DNA of 64,000 bases, taken from NCBI GenBank assembly GCA_965215015.1, contig OZ244042.1, forward strand, positions 5,792,001 through 5,856,000, read 5' to 3'. Shown piece after piece: positions 60,727 to 64,000 of this stretch; position 1 is the stretch's first letter, and every line of letters begins with the position of its first letter. Under the pieces are notes generated by a model. That model was given only the letters and a program-made list of their open reading frames with translations. It did not search any database and was not told where the DNA came from. The translations under genes were made by a program, and so were the position numbers. This stretch comes from Candidatus Poribacteria bacterium (GTDB lineage: Bacteria > Poribacteria > WGA-4E > PCPOR2b).

Positions 60727-61557
60727 CTAATCCAATTGTCGGCGATACAAAATCCGTCCATACGGTTTAGCATCGCCAGCGTATTTTGGATTCAAACGGC
60801 GAACCATTTCCTGCGCTTCCTTGGACCAATCTTCGGGGATGGGATGTGTCTTGCTAGCCAGCTGTGCCTTGATGCGCTCCGGCAAATCGCAAAAATCAGG
60901 CTGAAACCAGAGTGTAATAACCATGCGGCGTTCATCAGAGTTGTTCGCATACGAAGCGTGCAGCAGGCGTGCATCACCAATCAACAGGTCACCCGCTTTG
61001 ACCGGGACATCAATTTCGTCAGGGCGTGTCGAAAATTCCGGGCGGTTTAGGTTCTTTGCCTCTGAAATCTCACCGGCGTGTGGTTCCATGATTAAATCAT
61101 GGAGTGGGTTGTGCTTGTAATGCGACCCCGGAAGCACGCGGAGACAACCGTTATGCGGCGTGGTGTCGGTCAGGTAGTACATAAAGAATACCTGTTGGGG
61201 TCGTGGGTCGTAGGTGGTTGGATCCGCCCAACCAAACCAGTCGTAGTGCCAAAACAGAGCCGGACTGTGCGGCGGCTTGCTGAGGATATATCCACTGGTA
61301 AAGGTTGGATCCTTGAACCCCATTGATTTCAAAGCATCAAGCGACAGCTGCCACGAAATCAGTTCCGCGAAAACCGGGTCCTCGTAAGTTCTGAACGCGC
61401 TCCCCTGAGAACGGTAATATCTTTTGTGCGCCTCTGTCATATTTTCACAGAGTCGGTCTGTCCCACTCCGGAATCGGTCGAGTAGCGCATCGCTCAGGAT
61501 ATTCTCAAAAATACAGAACCCTTCATTGATGAGTTGGTTATATTTCTCTTTCGACAT
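60727..61557 (-). CDS. PhyH family dioxygenase
   Basis: WHYD, NGCLRVLPGSH, LLHASYAN. Confidence 0.9.
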   Translation of the reverse strand: MSKEKYNQLINEGFCIFENILSDALLDRFRSGTDRLCENMTEAHKRYYRSQGSAFRTYEDPVFAELISWQLSLDALKSMGFKDPTFTSGYILSKPPHSPALFWHYDWFGWADPTTYDPRPQQVFFMYYLTDTTPHNGCLRVLPGSHYKHNPLHDLIMEPHAGEISEAKNLNRPEFSTRPDEIDVPVKAGDLLIGDARLLHASYANNSDERRMVITLWFQPDFCDLPERIKAQLASKTHPIPEDWSKEAQEMVRRLNPKYAGDAKPYGRILYRRQLD

Positions 61558-61697
61558 GCAGCCCCTCACATCGCAGTTCAATTAAGTCAGATTAAAACCC
61601 TGATTATTGTAGTCGAATGAGAAGGCCAAAGTCAAGGATAGAAATTTACGAGCAGGGCGAGAGTCAACAGATATCACCGCAATTTCTCCCTTTCCAT

Positions 61698-61809
61698 TGC
61701 TCATGTTAAGAAGCTGTGCAAAGAAACCGTAGGAGCCGATGAACTAATGAATCAACTGTCTTCACGTTTCACGCTTTTGGCGTTTTACGCTCTCTTTTTT
61801 TTATAAGCC
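61698..61809 (+). mobile_element. MITE family A, degenerate copy
   Basis: GCTCATGTTAAGAAGCTGTGCAAAGAAACCG...TTCACGTTTCACGC...TTTATAAGCC. Confidence 0.6.
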
Positions 61810-61889
61810 TTCTACTTTTATCTTTGCAAATCAGCGAAATCTGGGTCCGTATCCACTTTCAAAATCGAAGCGCGTCCGCCCTATTTTCA

Positions 61890-61919
61890 TTGACTTTCTT
61901 TTAGCAGCTCATGTATGAT
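61890..61919 (+). promoter_or_regulatory. Sigma70-type promoter
   Basis: TTGACT, 18 nt spacer, TATGAT upstream of the gene at 61973. Confidence 0.45.
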
Positions 61920-61972
61920 TGAGAAATCAAATCAGCGCGGTCACATAGTGATCCGGATAACGGGGAGAACCT

Positions 61973-62872
61973 ATGATTAAACTCGGTTGTAACAGCTTGG
62001 TGAAAGACAGAGATAACCCCGGTGGGTGGATAGATATTGAGACGATGATTGATTTAATCCATACACTGAGACTGGATATCATTGATTTTCAACTCGATAG
62101 AGGATTTCGCTCTCTAGAACCGGCGTATCTCCGCAGGGTCAAAATTCTGTGCCATAGGTACGGTTTGCCGATAGGTTTCATAGGAGTCGGTAGTGGATTT
62201 GTCGGCACCGCTCAGCTGCCGAATAGAGGGGTGGTTGGTGCGTCGCTATCGCCGGACGAACTACAGCGGCGAATCGATGAAGTCAAGGAAGCCGTGGATG
62301 TTGCAGCATTTATGGGCACACCCCTGATTCGTCTCTTCGGCGGAGGGGTGCCTGAAGGTACGGAGAACCGTGAAGCGGTATGGTCAACGATGATCACCGG
62401 TTTCCAAGCGGTCTGCGATTACTCAGCTGAGAAAGGTATCCTTATTGGTCTTCACAACCATCCGCCGGCTGTGGAACCAACAAGCAATGATATTCGCCGC
62501 ATCTTGAATGACGTTGACCGTGAGAATTTCACCTTCATCTTAGACACCGGCCGGTGGCGGGGTGCACCGGGATCGGATGGGGCGGGAACCTCCGATACAA
62601 TTTATAAATACATGGAACAGACCGCGCCTTACGCTTCATACGTGCGCGCCAAAATTTATAAGGTTGATAGCGGTCAGGAGGAGTTACTTGATTATAGACG
62701 TATTATCTCTATTCTCAAGAAGGTGAATTTCAACGGGAATATGTCGATTGTTTTCGAGGACCGGGGCAATCAGTGCGATTACACCGAAGCCATTGGGTTG
62801 GCAGTCAAACATTTACGGAGGTTACTTGCAGAATCGGAGGGTAACAAAAATGACCTCAACCCAAAAGCATAA
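61973..62872 (+). CDS. Sugar phosphate isomerase/epimerase (xylose isomerase-like TIM barrel)
   Basis: PLIRLFGG, GLHNH, LDTG, FNGNMSIVFE. Confidence 0.85.
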   Translation: MIKLGCNSLVKDRDNPGGWIDIETMIDLIHTLRLDIIDFQLDRGFRSLEPAYLRRVKILCHRYGLPIGFIGVGSGFVGTAQLPNRGVVGASLSPDELQRRIDEVKEAVDVAAFMGTPLIRLFGGGVPEGTENREAVWSTMITGFQAVCDYSAEKGILIGLHNHPPAVEPTSNDIRRILNDVDRENFTFILDTGRWRGAPGSDGAGTSDTIYKYMEQTAPYASYVRAKIYKVDSGQEELLDYRRIISILKKVNFNGNMSIVFEDRGNQCDYTEAIGLAVKHLRRLLAESEGNKNDLNPKA

Positions 62873-64000
62873 AATTCCGTGGGAGAACATAGGGGAACCG
62901 CTAGCAGAGTTGCTTCGGTATGAGCACAAGATTGGCTACTACGAGCACGCAGGCTACGCTTTGCTGTCAACGGTTGTCCATGAAATGGCAGATTCGGCGT
63001 GGCGGCGATTCCTTTTGACGGACAATAATTTCGCTGCAGTAGTTAGTCAGGTCATCGCGCTATCCGATAGGGGCTCCAAAAGCCCCAAAGAGGTTCTTGA
63101 CTCAATCCACGAACTTGTCCACGCCGCTCACACCCATACGCCAGAAGGATCTGTACCGTTCCTGAAAGCATATCTAAAGTACAGACCGAGTTTCCCAGGG
63201 GCTATCCGAGAGGGATTGGACGCGCTCTCAATGCAGGGAAAACGTCAGCTAGCTCTTCGTGCAATCGCTTTTGCAGCGGAGATGGAGCGTCTCCAACCGT
63301 TCCAGCCACACACTGAAATGGCAGCGGTGGTGTCCGAACATTGGTACGAACAGATTCTTGGCGGGAACCTAACCGTGCCTCAAGCGCGTAGAATACCCGC
63401 GCAGATACTCACCGCGAAAAAGCACTTGTTCAACCACCTGCGCCGGACCGAAGAAGATAGCCAGATCGATGAAGAGACCGTCTTCGATAGATATGCAGAC
63501 GTATTCAAGTCAACCGATATTTTAGCTGTGACGGATATCATCGTTAGTATGCACCGTTTCAATCTGATACGTCAGTTTCATGTTAAGTTCCGATTTATTC
63601 CCGAAAATCGGGATCGTTGTAGAGATCGGAACGCTCTTACAACCTTGGAGTTTGATGTGAAACAGATTGAACTTTTCCTAAAGAACTTCCCGAAGGCGGA
63701 GGTGTTAAACCGCTTTGAGAAATTAGAGGAGTGGCTGGGTAAATACCACAAGACAAATCACGATGGCACGATATTAACCCCACCCCTAATTGATTTTCTA
63801 TCAAAGGGTTCGGACTTTGACGCTCTTCTAGATGAACTCGACCGATATAGAGCGGATACGCGGAACGGGCGATTCGATATAAACAACATCTTGCAACGAG
63901 ATCTGGAATTCAGACGCTTCGCCTACGAGTACACACGCGTTCTAGAACCGCTGACCTATCAACTCCAGAATCGCTATCCACCGCCGAAATCGAACGAAGA
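62850..64000 (+). CDS. Hypothetical protein, 3'-truncated by the window
   Basis: RBS GGAGG; ATG overlaps the upstream gene; open frame MTSTQKHKIPWENIGEPL...RYPPPKSNE runs to the window end. Confidence 0.8.
   Translation, partial: MTSTQKHKIPWENIGEPLAELLRYEHKIGYYEHAGYALLSTVVHEMADSAWRRFLLTDNNFAAVVSQVIALSDRGSKSPKEVLDSIHELVHAAHTHTPEGSVPFLKAYLKYRPSFPGAIREGLDALSMQGKRQLALRAIAFAAEMERLQPFQPHTEMAAVVSEHWYEQILGGNLTVPQARRIPAQILTAKKHLFNHLRRTEEDSQIDEETVFDRYADVFKSTDILAVTDIIVSMHRFNLIRQFHVKFRFIPENRDRCRDRNALTTLEFDVKQIELFLKNFPKAEVLNRFEKLEEWLGKYHKTNHDGTILTPPLIDFLSKGSDFDALLDELDRYRADTRNGRFDINNILQRDLEFRRFAYEYTRVLEPLTYQLQNRYPPPKSNE

Noticed and set aside
32128-61557. PhyH proteins as halogenases
   Set aside because: All four keep the HxD carboxylate; Fe/2OG halogenases have Ala or Gly there.

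Overview
Bacterial chromosomal window. Its gene content (four PhyH-family dioxygenases, enolase-superfamily enzymes, sulfatase plus maturase, aldo/keto reductases, a planctomycete-type multiheme sugar dehydrogenase) suggests a Candidatus Poribacteria-like organism; this is an inference only. Positions 1-36.7 kb hold accessory and catabolic genes, an ABC-2 transporter, tRNA-Ala(GGC) and several pseudogenes. Positions 37.2-56.0 kb hold the contiguous str-S10-spc-alpha ribosomal cluster on the minus strand, without rpmD, adk, map or infA. Positions 57-64 kb hold a MoxR ATPase, three PhyH genes, a TIM-barrel isomerase and a truncated ORF. Main observations: (1) S12 carries K42T and G91N at classic streptomycin and accuracy sites, with further deviations in S5, EF-Tu, S10 and L22; (2) two MITE families with 8-bp target duplications, one carrying different palindromic cargo in different copies and inserted in the str operon; (3) a TnpB-less IS200/IS605 derivative that keeps a promoter, a 5' structured RNA and an omegaRNA-like right end; (4) perfect loop-less palindromes of 46 and 52 bp; (5) in-frame palindromic insertions inside ORFs; (6) a creatininase-PhyH-sarcosine oxidase-like operon. 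No CRISPR array, rRNA or intact transposase was seen. All family assignments come from motif recognition; no searches were run.
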